NCBI GenBank assembly: GCA_010356995.1
Contig: ML996707.1
Span: forward strand, 372,001 to 436,000
Origin: Trichodelitschia bisporula
Taxonomy: Eukaryota
Direction of reading: 5' to 3'
Length of the DNA stretch: 64,000 nt
Numbering within the stretch: position 1 is the first letter of the stretch; each line of letters begins with the position of its first letter. The translations under genes and the position numbers were made by a program. Of the stretch, positions 47,304-61,300 are shown in pieces. Below the pieces are notes generated by a model. It ran no database searches. It saw nothing but the letters and a program-made list of their open reading frames with translations, and had not been told where the DNA came from.

Positions 47304-48937
47304 TTACCGCCGTCCTGTGCGTGTTCCGCTCCGGCCCCGGCCGTGCTCACTCTCCGCCACCGCAGCATCGTAGCTCGGGATCGGCGGCCCGTCCGGCGGC
47401 TCATGACCTCCCAACAGCGGCGCGCGCTCACCGTCAAAAGTACCGCTCCGCTCGCGCGTCGGCGAGCTCTGCGGACTTTCGTAGTCGGGCGGGGCCTCAG
47501 GCATTCTGTAACCCATCGCTGCAGCGCCGCTGCTCGTACCTTCGCCCGCGTCATCGTAGTTCCCTTCGTGTGAGTCAACGAGACTGAGCTGTGCAAGCGA
47601 TATGTCGGTCGGTGAACGCTGGGGGCCGGGACTGGTAGGCTGGCGCGACGCGAGTCGGAGCTGGGCACTGGTTGAGCGAACATGCTGTGTATAGTGATGC
47701 ATGCCCGCGGCGCCGGCGGCGAGATACCCGCCCATGCCCTCACGGATACCATCTCGCCCTGCATCCAAGAGGATGCTGCCCTGCTCGCTACCGTAAGGGG
47801 GCGGAGGTGCCAAACTCCCAGTTGTGGGAGCCAGGCCCCATTTCTTGACGTTTGCCTCGATAAACACAAAGCCCAACTGGCCGAAGTTGACGTGCACTTG
47901 GCAAGGTCCGTTGGCACCCACCGTGGGGAAAAGGTTTTGCGACTTAAGGCCATGGACGACGTCCTCCAGCTTCTTTCCATTGCGGGTGAAGAAAACGGTG
48001 CCCGTGCGGGGGCGGTATCCGACTCCGATGACATCTCCTTGCACGAATTCCGGACCGTATGAGGTAGCACTAAACGGCTGATTGTGACGCCGTTGGCCTG
48101 TAGAAAGATATGCCACTGATTGCTTGTGATAGCCTAGGAGAGTTAGACGAAGTATAGAGAGACGTAAAGGACTCACCTGGTAGACGGAAGAGCGGGTAGG
48201 GCTTCGTCGTCATACCCACGCTGATCAACGTGTGCTCTGGCTTGTCGTAAATCTTTGCTTCCCAATAGTACACATCGTTCTGCTTCGGGACCGGAAGGTT
48301 GCTCTGCACGCTGCATTCCGAATCGAAAAACTCAATCTCGGTGCGCCCTTCCACAAAGCAATTCGCGATTTCCAATTCCGGCTCGAACTCCCATGCGGAG
48401 ACGCCCTTTTCTTGAATGGCTAAGAATTGCGACAACGATATATCGGTTTGGACGGACTCGGGTGGATTCGCCTGTATGAATGCTACCAAGTTATTAGGCT
48501 TGCGCAACGAACAGAAATGAAGACAAACCTTTGGCTCTCAGATACTCCATTCGCTGCATGTCATCCATCTCTTCCAGCGCCTCCGCCTCTTCTCGAATAA
48601 AGGCTTGCTCATCGTCAAATTCTCCAGGCCGGCCCATGCGATCCAACAAGATCCTGCCCCGTTGTGTGTATTGGAAAAAGTAGATGATGAGGAGTACGAG
48701 GGCTACAATCCCAGCTGACCCAAAAGCGGAGAGCATCCCAATAAGAATGCCTTTGCCGGTCGAATTCGCGACGGTTAGTATGCGCTCAGACTGCCAGGTT
48801 CGGTCAGGGACGGCGACATGTTGGGAGTTGTCGGCTGGATCGCTGGCCAGTATACTGGCGACAGTTGGGAGGGAGGAGTAGTAGCTGGTGGAGAAGGTCT
48901 CCAGCGACCGCACTGGGAGTCGGTCGACCCGACTCAT
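47304..48937 (-). CDS. SSH4: Ssh4/Ear1-family SPRY-domain Rsp5 adaptor, two introns
   Basis: N-terminal TM segment, GRPGEFDDEQ, IQEKGVSAWEF, YYWEAKIY, KPYPLFRLPG, GDVIGVGYRPRTG..FFTRNG, VNFGQ.GFVFIEANVKKWGLAP and PPxY motifs. Confidence 0.92.
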
Positions 48938-51900
48938 ACTGCCGGTTGCACCAGTGTAGAGATGTGTTCAGGGAAGCCTTTACTCGTGTAGTATGATGAG
49001 GAGATGCGGAGAAGGATAGTGGGTGATGGGCTTTCGCAGTCGCTGCCAATGCAAGCTGACAGGTGCTGATCGAACGGTCTGGCGTGGGGTGTGACGTTGG
49101 CGGCAAGCGACCAAGAGCTGGGATCACTGGCGTCGGGGAGCGTCGCAAGGCAAGAGGATAGCGAGTAGCAGTGAAGTGGGAGTTCGCTTGGGAGATATGA
49201 TATGGTATCAGAAGGGATGGCGAGATGGAAGAGGGGCGGAGAAGAGAAGCGGTGGATGTTGTTGCGGACGTGTGGGGGAGCGGCGGAGTGTGGAGAGCGG
49301 ATGGAGAGGAGAAGGAGCTTGGTTATCGTTCACTCTTCATACGACTTGGCGAGTCTAGACCCGGAGGCGTCACTCGCACACTTACGATGGGAGTGCCGGG
49401 TTAGTTTGCCGCCGACTACTTACTCGCCTCTCTGCTTGTGGATTGAATCCTCACGCAAAGATCATCCTTCACTCCTTCCGCTGTCGCAGGAGTCGATTTC
49501 TTGCGTGTTTTGACCTCCAAAATACGACTATTTGCTGGCCTGGGCGGCAGCGCTGCCGACACGCTAGGCTCTTGAAACCGTCGCACAATGGCTCCTCTCA
49601 GCCTCAGCTTCCCTCGCCCTTCTCATACGAGTATGAGAAGAGATAATTACATAGCCGCGCTTCGACCTTTACCAGCACGAAAGCGCGCCAACAGTAAACC
49701 TTTGCTTTGTCCTAGTATTTGAGGGCCTGGTGCAGTAAGCGCCTGTCCTAAACACTGGACCTGGGACTTTCGTACCAGTCCCTCCAGCACAATGGCTGCC
49801 TACGTCTCGAACCACGTAAGTCAATCGAGGGAACCTAACCACAGCCTCCTGCAAATGTGCACCCGTTCATGTTCTACTCCATACCTCATATCTTCATACC
49901 CTCAGAAGCCGAAGTGCTGTTTCCTCGGCAAACGCCTCAAACGTGTGGATGCTCAGATGTTGACATCTTCTGTAGGGCTTTCACACAGGGCTCCGCATGG
50001 ACTAGGGCTTGCCTTCTGGAACAACGGATCGAAGCTCAGTTGTCGCGGGTGTCAGGCACTTGTTCTGGCGGGCCGAAGCTTTAGATCCGTCCCGCAGGTT
50101 GCGCAGGGATGCCTTTGTACGGTTGACCTAGTTCTAGTTACTCCTAGACCTGAGATGTCGACATGGACGGCTTTCTCCACTCTCAGACACCCATTGACCA
50201 TGCTTATGAGGACGAATTCCGGTATCGGTAACCTAGAATACGAGGTGATGCAAGGTACACAACCTCATGCCTCCTCACAGGAGAATGGCAAGCTCAAATC
50301 ATCGAAATCCCGAAAAAGGTGTATTTGTCAAAACTAAATGCAACCCGGTGGTCGTAACTGGCAGGACACATATACAGGCGAGAGGCTGTCCGGCATCAAA
50401 TCCGTACTGCCTTATAACCTTTCTCGCTATTACCCTTACGACGTTGCTTCTGTGCGACCGGTAGTACATTCCAGAATTTTAAGCCTGGAGGCACCAGATT
50501 TCAAGCCATTCGGCGTTACCACGAGCTCGTGCATGGCGCGGGTTCCACGCCTGCTTGACTGCTGACGTGCCTTTGGAGACGGGTAGCCGCATGAAATCCG
50601 CGGTATTCCGACGTAGAGAAAGCCCGGGACTACCTACAAGGAATGGAATGTGGATACACATGAAGCTAGTCAAATTGAAGCTCGCGAGACGGCAGTGTCC
50701 ATGAAGATAGGCCTTGCCCATGTTCCAAGCGGACTATGGGTCAGTGTAACTGCCACTGGGCTCGCTGGGGTCTCATTCTGGACGACTTGGAGACTGTGAT
50801 ATGCCTGTTTCGGTATGCCTATTTGGAGAGTCTCCGGATGGCTTTACGGTTGATGCCCGTCCCAAAGCTGAGGGGAGGTCAGCTTGAGCCTTCTGTAACT
50901 GAGGTATGTCACCTTGGGGTCTGCATCGCAAGGAAACTGGAGTAGGACGTTGGAGACGTGCAATAATCCAGAAGAGCAAAGGACTTCTTGGCGGATGCCT
51001 TCATCGCTTCAGGCACCGATTGATGTCTCATGCACCCCGCAAACTGGGCAACTGTAATGAGAAAATGGCAACGAGTTGCAGGAAAGGGTAGGAGCGTTAA
51101 GAGATGAATTATATAAGGTCCCGGGGCATATCGGGTGCATATTTGGCATATGAGATGCAACGGAGAGTGGTCGGCAAAGGGCGTACAGCAGCACTGTACG
51201 GATGTATGGCGTAAGTACGCTATGGTAGAGGTGTACGGAGGACCGCAACATTTCGTGATGCGTCCAACTTTCAAGGCTAGTACTGTAAGCTCCTAGGAGC
51301 GGTTTCATCAGCCCGTGGCCGCGGTCGAGGCAGTACAGTGCTATAAGCCTGTACTCTGCTCCATACTCGTGGCAGAGGTTACGAACCCCAGCTGAAAGGC
51401 CGGTTTTGGACATTCTTTGCATCATTCACGACGTTCGCATCGCCTCCATTGTTCCATTGTCCGGGCGTGGAAGAGTCGGCAACAAATAGACCAGCTGAGA
51501 GGGAACGAAACTCTATCAAGCAAAAAAAGCCGCCTCAAAATCATCCGAACAGCCCATCAGGCGATAAAGGTTCTAAGAGGCATCAGACGTCCAGTCGAAA
51601 CTCACCGAAAGCTCTTGCTCTGCGCCTTGGCCAAATTCTTCCCCCACCTACTGCGCACGCACGCACGAGAACGCTCAAGTACTGGACCTTGACTACCCCC
51701 CCCCTCACTCACACCCCTCCATCCGCCTCTCAGTCGGCTGCCACACACGTCTGCACCGCTCTCTCGTAGTCTCTCCCCTCGCCCAACGAAGCCACATCCC
51801 GCCTTTGCCCACCAAAACCAAACCTCCACCAAAAACTCACCCCCCCCTCTTCCCCACTTCACAACGTCTACCCAAACCCGACGACTTCACACACCCAAAT

Positions 51901-52459
51901 ACTCCTTTACAAATACCTAAAAGCACCTCCAATACCCATTTTTCTACTCTCCAGTTACACACCGTGTTTCAACACATTTCCTCTGTACACCGTTGAACGT
52001 CTTTGCAGTCCATCTCCTGCACGCAGCCGCTCGCAGCATCATCCTACCCCTCCGGTGTCAAGGATCTTCACTCCCCTGGGTACAAACGGCCGTACTAAAA
52101 GCTCTACCTTCACGCTTCAAGGCGCCGTAGTTTGTTGCTTAGAAGATGGTTGTTGCACACATAGCCTAGCAACAGGACAGTCGCGACAAATTGGAGCGCA
52201 CCATCGATAAAATCAGGTCTCAGCGTTCACATCTTAATTAGGTGGGTATGTCGAGTTTTTTTGCTCCCTCGCTTCTGATAGCTTCGCCTCACACTTGCTT
52301 GCCTAGGGTTCCATACTCGCTCCTCCACGCACGAATCTCTGTTTGGCTTCAGCAAACACATCCCGCCGACTCTTCACCTGCCGTCAAGTCGCGACCCACG
52401 CGGATACGCATCCCGCACCTCTTTTCCCTCCGATCTTCTGCTCAGCCTCTCCGAGTATC

Positions 52460-55384
52460 ATGATGACTTGGCAGCCGGAGACCGAGCAGCTGCGCCAGCT
52501 GGCACAGTTTCTCCGAGATTCGCTTAGTGGACGCGACCAGAATGTGCAGAAGAATGCGGAGCTGGTAAGTTCCCCGTCATCCAGATCAAGCGTTAGGCGT
52601 GGTTTGCTGACTATATCATAGATGCTCGCCAGTGCCCAAAACTCACCCGACTTTATGAATTATCTCTCATACCTCTTCTCCGAAGCCCAACCTCCCGCCG
52701 TCATCAGCATGCCGGCAGACGCTTATTTCGTTGCGCGGAGCGGGGCCGCTATAATGCTGAAGAACAACATAAAGTCGTCCTACAAATCGATCCCTGATGT
52801 CAATAAAGCCTACTTCCGCTCCGTTGCCATGCAGGCGCTGCAAGACACGAACGTTCAAATTCGGAACTTTGCCGGTAACATCATCACAGAACTCGTGCGC
52901 CAAGGAGGCATCATGGCCTGGCCTCAACTGCTTCCCGAACTTGTCGCCTTGATTGAGAACAAGACCGGGGCCATCCCGCAGCGGACACAAGAGGGTGCTC
53001 TAAGCGCGTTGGTGAAGATCTGTGAGGACAACAAGCGTGCGTTGGATCGTGACTACCAAGGAGAGCGACCGTTGGGATTCCTTTTCCCGAAGCTGTTGGA
53101 CTTCACAGCGCTTGCGAATCCCATCATTCGAGCGAACGCTTTGGCCGCTATAGGCATCTTTCTGCCTGAGAAATCATCCGTGGTTTATTCTCATCTCGAG
53201 GACCTACTCTTGCATCTCTTTCGGTTAGCGTCTGATACCAGCCCCGAAGTTCGCAAGTATGTCTGCAGGGCGTTCACGCGCATTGCCGAGATTTCTCCTG
53301 AAAAAATCGCTCCGCACATGGCAGGCCTCGTGGACTACACCATCTCTCAGCAGCAGCAAATCGAGGAGCCGGAGCTTGCCATTGACGCTGCCGAGTTCTG
53401 GCTTTGTGTCGCCGAAGATGACCACCTTTCGGAATGCTTAGCTCCATTTCTATCCAAGATTGTGCCTCTGCTCCTCGATAGCATGGTGTATGACGAGGAT
53501 GAGGTTTTCCGGTTGGAGAGCGAGCAAGAAGATGCAGAGCAGGAAGATCGAGAACAGGACATTAAGCCGGTGCACGCTACTAACAAGGGCTCTAGACTCG
53601 GCTCAACTCTGAACGGGGATGCACACACCCTAAAGCCGAATCCGGAGCTTGTTCTTGACGACGAGAACCTCAGTGATGGTGAAATTGAAGAATCAGACGA
53701 TGAGGATGACGGCGATGACCCTGAAGATCAGTGGAATCTCCGGAAATGCTCAGCGGCCGCGCTCGATGTTCTGGCTTCTCAGTTCCACCAACCCGTTTTT
53801 GAGGTTACGCTGCCATGGCTGAGGGACAATCTGAAGAACTCTGAGTGGCCAAAGCGGGAAGCTGCCGTGCTCGCGATTGGCGCCATTGCGGAAGGCTGCA
53901 TGGAGGTGGTTCAGCCGCACCTCCCGGAGCTGACGCAATATTTTCTGTCGTTGCTACAGGACAATGTCGCTGTCGTGCGCCAGATCACCTGCTGGGCCCT
54001 TGGCCGCTACTCCTCCTGGCCTGTTCAGATGGATGAGAGCGGTCGCCAACAGTATCTGCTGCCTGTCATGGACGCTCTCCTTGGCCGGATGCTTGATAGG
54101 AACAAGCGGGTCCAAGAGGCTGCCGCTTCGGCGTTTGCGAATCTGGAAGAAAAGGCCAAGGGGCAACTGCAGCCTTATTGCCCAGTCATCGTTCAGCGCT
54201 TCGTCGAATGCTTCAGCATTTACAAGGATCGCAACATGTACATTCTGTACGACTGTGTTCAAACTCTGGCGGAGCATGTTGGCCCCTCTTTAAGAGATCC
54301 TGCAATGGTCGACCTCCTTATGCCGGCCCTGCTTCATAGATGGAGCCGGTTGACTGAACAGTCCCGGGAAACACTTCCTTTGGTGGAGTGTCTCTCCTAC
54401 GTCGCCGTCGCGCTCAGCACCTCGTTTACGCCGTACGCAAAGCCGATTTTCAATCGCTGCGTAGGTATGATCCACCAAAACCTGGAGGATACCTTCCGTG
54501 CTGTAAACAACCCAGGATTGGAAAGGCCGGACAAGGATTTTCTTGTTACCAGCCTCGATCTCCTCTCTGGTATCATTCAGGCCCTCGATATGTCCAAGTC
54601 CGCTGAGCTTGTGGCCGCGTCACAGCCGAATCTTTTCCAGCTTCTTGTTTTTTGCATGAAGAGTCCGCATAACGACGTGCGCCAGTCAGCTTACGCGGTT
54701 CTCGGTGACTGCGCTATCTATGTGTTTGACCAGCTTCAGCCCATTCTACCCGAGCTGATGCAGCTTGTCCTCGATCAACTCGAGGTTAGCCAGATCAACT
54801 ACGATGCCGAAGAGACTGGCTACGGTGTCATCAACAACGCGTGCTGGTCACTGGGGGAGATTGCTATGCGCCATGGCAGTGGCATGGCCGACTACGTCGA
54901 CAGTCTGCTTGAGAAACTGGCCACAATACTGTTCAGCGACAAGGTGCCTCCGTCGCTAAACGAGAATGCCGCGATTGCCCTCGGTCGACTCGGAACTGCG
55001 TGCCCGGATAAGTTTGCACCCCACCTGGAGATGATTGCACCGCCCTGGATTCGTGCCATCAGCCGCGTAGGCTGGACGGATGAAAAAGCGCATGCCATGC
55101 TCGGGTTCAATAAGGTGGTCATGCTCAATCCGCAGGCCATGGAGAAGTGCTTGCTTGAGTTCTTCAATGAGATCTCTTTGGCGCCGACCGAGTTCCTGCG
55201 TTTGGGCCAAGACAGGGTAGTGTCATTCAACCAAGTAAGTCCATTTCCCGTAGTGATTGTGCCAAAATTTAACACTTCATAGCTCTTCGTCCAGTACAAG
55301 AACATGATCCCCGACTTTGAGGCCTTCCTCCATAACCTCCCCGCCGACCGGCAGCAAGCTTTACGGCACAATTTCAACTTGTGA
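52460..55384 (+). CDS. KAP104: Importin beta-2/transportin; introns 52565-52621 and 55234-55281
   Basis: HEAT-repeat protein with MLKN, AAEFWL, the acidic loop D...DIKP, WNLRKCSAAALD, KRVQEAAASAF, YKDRN..ILYD, DKDFLVTSLDLLS, NNACW..GEI and ENAAIALGRL. Confidence 0.96.
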
Positions 55385-58300
55385 ATACGTACTTTTTACT
55401 TCTCCCCTGATGGCTGGTCAAACAGCTTAATGGTTCACGCGCATGGATGAACGAAAGGACAGGCTTATGGCACGGTTATGTAATTGCGGGCGGCATACGG
55501 TCAAGAAGTGTGTACTGGACCTGGATCGGAGGGTTTATGCGGGGCTACTCAGCATGGCGGACAGGCTGGGCCATCGGGAGTGGGCGTTTTCAGTTCAAAC
55601 GGCGGATATCATAGAGGAGTTGTGGGTGGTGGGATACATACTGGACCCAGCGGATGGTTCTGCCCCTGTTACGTATTTGAGGAAGAGAAGGAAGTTCTGC
55701 GGTTTGTAGCCTGGTGTCGAAGGAGCCGAAAACTCTGGTCATTGGGAGGATGGCTCCGCCGTTGTTGCCGTGGGGTTTGTCGCGTGCATCTTTAAATCAT
55801 TGTGGGCGTTGGCTTGCTGCTCTCTTCGAGTACTGGCTTCCTTAACTTAGCTTAGCATGCAGTAGGTAGATTCTCTTCGTGCAGGTAGTCTTTTGCGTTT
55901 TCCGAAGGCCGCTGGGTCTATTTGGAGGGTGCAACTCATATGGCGCGGGGGTGGTTGAGTAACAATGTCGGACCTGCGTCCGCTTTGAGGTATCTTCTTC
56001 GTCCTGAGTCTGCTGGTGGAGTGAACGAGAACATGTCACAAGTTCATTGCCATGACTGGCAAGGACGACACGTACTTCGCAAGACAGGTGCGGATTGCCG
56101 AAGGCGTTCCATCTTCGGCAATTGAAGAAGAGTTGACATCGTTGTCAGCTCAGTGCGTGATGCTATGCCGACATGATGGATTATCAGGCTGAGTTATTGT
56201 GACAGATCAGGCTTTGGAGAACTTCATCCTGCTAATCGGTAGCAGATGACCCAGTTGGTGCTCCAACGTGTTTCCTCACGCCTGGCAACATTGTTTACAA
56301 GCCAGTTAACATTGACCTTTTTGAAGTCTGTTTACGCTGTCGCTAAGCTCCAGCGCAGCTAAATGCGACCGAATGCCCATCTCCACTGGAATACGTCAAG
56401 TAGGTATCCGTCCTGGCTTCACCTCCACGGAATCTCATATCCTCAACACTCACGGAGCCATGCTTAACCAAAGCATACCCACAACCAACAGGCCTCCGCC
56501 AGACTGTCTTCTCCCTTTTGTGAATGGCTTCATTCCGCTAAACACAACCATTGCCTCTTTCTGTTCCTTCCACTCCGGCGGACATAGCTCCCAAAGCTCG
56601 AGCTGAAGCTGGCTGTCCCCGGGAAGCTCAGAAGTCACTCCATATTGCCTACTTAGATCCACCCAAGGTTCCGATGACCACTGGGTTAGCCATGATATCA
56701 AGCTTCGAATAGCTGATCCTCACAGACCGCCACCTCTTTCCTTCCGCCAATTTTCCCCGCAAGATGCTATTCCCGTCCACCCCCGCGGCCCTATATTCAG
56801 CTCAGAAGCTTGATATGTGCCGCCGAGCCCAGAACGTAGGCCCTATTCCCCCGAAAACCGGAAGCGAGATCTTCTTTTAGCAGCGCTGTCGATCAGCGGG
56901 CCTGACGGCTACATTGGCTCCACGCGCCCGCAAGGCCAAGGCGACTGTATTGATCTGATCAGAGCTTCGCAAGCTTCTATATATCATTTCCGGTCGCAGC
57001 CCAACATCGCATGGGGATTAAGGTGGACATCTACCTAGTCCCGGATCTTCATCGTCTTCATCAGGGTTCTCCATGTGGGCACATCATATAGCCCCCATGT
57101 TCATATATACCTGCGACTGCCCTGCTCGCACAAAACATCCCGAACAGACGTCGAACAGAAAAACCAACCTCTTAGCCCCCAAAGTCCATACTTGGAAAGC
57201 GACTTTTGCTTTCCCTTTCCCCGAGTTTCGGCAGCACCCGCGTTGCGATAGATTAAAAGATCCAGACAACCGGCATTCCAGCAAGGGAACCGGTCATTTC
57301 TGTATCGCACGAAACTCTAACAGATATCCCCAGCATCCCATAATACTTTTCCCGATGACCTGATTACCGCCATCATAAGCTTTGCCCTTTGCGAGTAGAA
57401 ATTCACGTTTCTGGCCGCTCACTTGATCCTTCACCCTCAAGCCCACCCCACTCAGACTAAACTTCGATATGGTCTGCCCTAAAGCGGGTCCATCTCGGCA
57501 CTCGCAAGGTCCCAACTCCCTAGTAATCAAGATCTACAAGCGTCAAGCACCTCAGGACCAATCCTCACAAAGTGCAATTGAAAATAATCTGTATATCCAC
57601 ATGCCCTCGACCCCCACCAACCCCATCTCTCCTCTGATCCATAACTAATCCTCACACCCCCCCCCACCGCACCTCCAATCCCACCCCTAACTACCCATCC
57701 CACATATATACAGCCACACTCTTCTCACCCACCGGGTCCCACCCCACCTAAAAATACCCCGGCCCAATCTTGCCCCTGCAGCAAACGAACCCCCCTCAGT
57801 ACAATAGTGCGTACCACAGTAGAGAGGATGGCCATCCATCAGACCACATCCCAACCAAAGCCACTGCTTTACCCTACCCCGGGCACTGCTTCAACCCCCA
57901 CAACGTCACCTCCCCCCGGCCCCAACCCGCCATCCCGCAAGGCAGAATAGGGCTGCCAGCCTCCCGCTCACCCGTATCGGCCCGCAGTCTGCCTTGCCCT
58001 ACGCTGCACCCGAACCCGAGGCTTGGGAGGCATGATGGTGCAGGCGCGCGCGACGCGAAGAGGCAGGAACGCGTGGGAGTCTCGTGCCTGGCGCGGATGT
58101 GCCAATGGGGGGGGCGGGGGAGGAGTGACCGGGAGGAATGGCCGCGCAACCGCGTGCGTGGGCGATGATTAAGGGCGAAAGGTCCGCGGCTGTGGATGAG
58201 TGGGAGGACGTAGGCTGTCGCAGGGTTGAAGAAGGAACTGCGTACAGGAATTTCGGGAAGGTGGTGAGGTGGTGTAGATGGCCAATGAAATCGTTCGGAT

Positions 58301-61300
58301 TAACAACTGTCGTGGCATCGTGAGCATCCACTTTCGAATTCAGCCTTACTGTCCCTTCTAGCCTGGCTGATATTCACTGTTTGGCTCGTCAACCTCTCTC
58401 TCCTCGACGTTTACTTACTGGCCCGGTTTGGGTTCCGAGCGACCCACTTATTGTCTCCTTTGAGCCTGTAACGGCGTTTGCAAGGTTGCACAGCCACACT
58501 GGCCGTTGCGCGTCAACCGCATGTGCCGAGAACGGGCTCCTTTGGGGTGCATCACTGCGTCGTCCACCTTGTCACTTCGCGACCAGCGTCTAGATTCAGT
58601 GTCCTACCCGACTCCATCATCGCGACAGACGATTACCAATCTCCTCGTACCCCACCTCCTTTCTCAGTCCCTTCTGCCGGAAGACACGCCGCTGCGCCTC
58701 CTGAAACCTGTGTGCATGCGTCAGTGACGTTGACAATGCTGCCTGGGTGTTCCGATGCTTCGGTGGAGAGTTGTGAATGGCCTTGGCCCATTGAGGGGTC
58801 AGCCACATCATCCCAAACGGTTGGATGTGGGGGCCAGGGTTCAACTGCGTACGGTAGACAGGTACGTACCTGGAACGTCTGGTGGGGTCGAAGCATCGGG
58901 TCCCCCTCGGACCCACCCGTCGTATATGCGGGCGGGCCGGGTCTAGTTCGCCAGCGGGAGCGGAGGCGAAGTCGGCTATACCGGTATGGCCCGACCCTGG
59001 AAGCTTAGGACGCTCGTAATCGTATCATGGCAATTCGACGCGAGGAATACAGTGAGGGAAGTCATAAAGTTAAGCCTGTGCTTCTGAACTGTGGGGAGAT
59101 CGACAGGATAAGGTGCGACACGTGTCGCGATCATTGCGAGTTAAATTTGGAAGCGGTCTATCGGGTTTTAGATCTGTACCAGCAATAGGATCGTATCGCC
59201 GGTGGAGCATGGTCCTTGCAAATGCCGTTTCTGAGGAACAGTGGGTCTCCGTCGCCAATCGGAGGGCAGGTCTGCATTTATGTCATCAATCATCCTGACT
59301 GAAAATAAAGCAAGCAACAGGAGTGGTGGATGCAGATGAGATCGAGCAATTGTTGGACTCCTCCGTGGCCATGACAATATGGAACTGGACGAAGTTTAGC
59401 CATAGTTGTTCAGGAAGCGGGAGTGGGATGTCGGGGGCAGATGCATCAGACATCCTAATGCTGCATTCTGATATCTCAATCAGAACCGGTACGTAATTGC
59501 AAACTGCCGACGGGAGGTCGTCTCGAGAAATCGCCGACATGCAATTTACACCCCCATGAAACGGTTGCATGGGACGAAGAGTGCAGAGCGTGGCTGAGTC
59601 CGAGAGGGTATGCTTGCAGTTTGGCCGTCACCTATTTCTTCATTTCCTGACCGGCGAAAGTGGAGCAGTCGTCGAGCAGGCGCTTGCATCGGTTGATAGT
59701 ATGAGGCGTTTTAGCGCAACACTAACCAAACCTTAGCCCAAAGAGCAACACGACGTTCGGTGAATCGTGAGAGTGTGAAGAGCAGTGACATCTGGGGGAA
59801 AGAAGTCGGTGACCGCTGGCGAGTTACAGTAGGAAACCCTCAAGGCCGTCAAGGAGTGGAGGGCTACTTCCATAGGCGGCATGTCTCCGAACGTAGGAGG
59901 GAAAGTGGAGCTGCGGAGAAGACAAAAATAGACTGCCGAGCTAGGGGTGCAGACAGCCACAAGACCCCACATCGCTGGGCAAGCTTGGCATCGTGCGACG
60001 ACGGGGCATTTGCGGCTGCTCGGCACATGAAGTCGCCTGGCTCTGTTCGTTTGTGTTGATGTACTTTAGAGTATTCGCATTGAGGTCGCATGTACTAAAA
60101 GAGACGTTCCCTGTTATCCTTCGCTCCATTGACGATGATGAACTCAGGATGCTAAGGATTACGCTGGTGGCGATGGGTATATAACTCAAGGTTGGCGATA
60201 CCATAGGTCGTAGTAACGGCTTAGTGGGTTGCAGGATCGGCTACAACTGCTGCAATGTCCTTGTCATCCTTTTAGGAGTGATACCAGAAGCAGATGTAGC
60301 AAATGCGCCTTGCTTGCTTGACATGCGACGCAATACAGCGCAAAGTAACTGTGCAAGGCGTACAGCTACGGAAACCGAACCTTCGTGGATGGAAGTGAAA
60401 CGATATCAGAAGCATTGGACAACGAAGCCGCGGAGAAAGGTAACGGACAGTTATCTGCGACGTCAAGAAGTTCGGACAGGGTGCGGCATATCACAACAGG
60501 AGCGTGTGGAGATGAGGCTGCTGGCTGAGGCGCATGCCACCGTCCTCCAACAAGGCTGAGCCTTACCGCCCTGAATCCTAAATGCTCCGAATAACATGCC
60601 ATGAAGGACAGGAGGGAAGCAGAACTTCTTGTTGGCCATTAGAGCGGGAGAAGTCGGATGGAACTAGCCAGAGAAAACCCGTGACGACGATGGTTACATG
60701 GTACCACGCTTACCGCGCATGCATACTCGCTGGATATGGACATGCAGGAGCCGGGCGAAGCGGTCTTTCCCACTGTGCCCGCGTGGGTTGCACTCCGTAG
60801 GGCGAAGCTGTCGCCTGCACGCCTCGTACAACCGATCGTGCGTCGGGCGCGGTACAACTGTTAACCATGTCTCCATACCACTACTTTCGGAGGTGCAACC
60901 AACGTCCTAAAGAGACCTCGTCTCAGCATAAGAATTCTTGCCACTTTCTCAACCGGATTAGATGCAGACTATCAAGAATTTCCAGGATACACAGTCAGTA
61001 CTCATTTCCTAGATCTGGGCCAGTGTTACCAGATACGCCCGCGGTGGCTCCAACTGCAGTAGCTAGTGGTTCTGTTTCCAAACCTAGCCGAAACGCCGTG
61101 GAGATGCTCGTGCAAGGCAGACCCGAACGACAGCGGCCACGGGCAGAAACGGTGCCCGGCTGGGCGCATTAGGTATGAGTGGTACAGCAGAACGTTCCAA
61201 CTTCACCTGCAGTAAATCCCTCTAAATCTAAAGTGTTGCGAACGATTGCTTGTACGGTGAATTATAACTTGGCAGCCGTCCTCGGAGCCACTTGGGATTC

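Noticed and set aside
50428..50450. YPYDV resembling an HA epitope tag
   Set aside because: Five-residue chance match in a short ORF, with no vector context.
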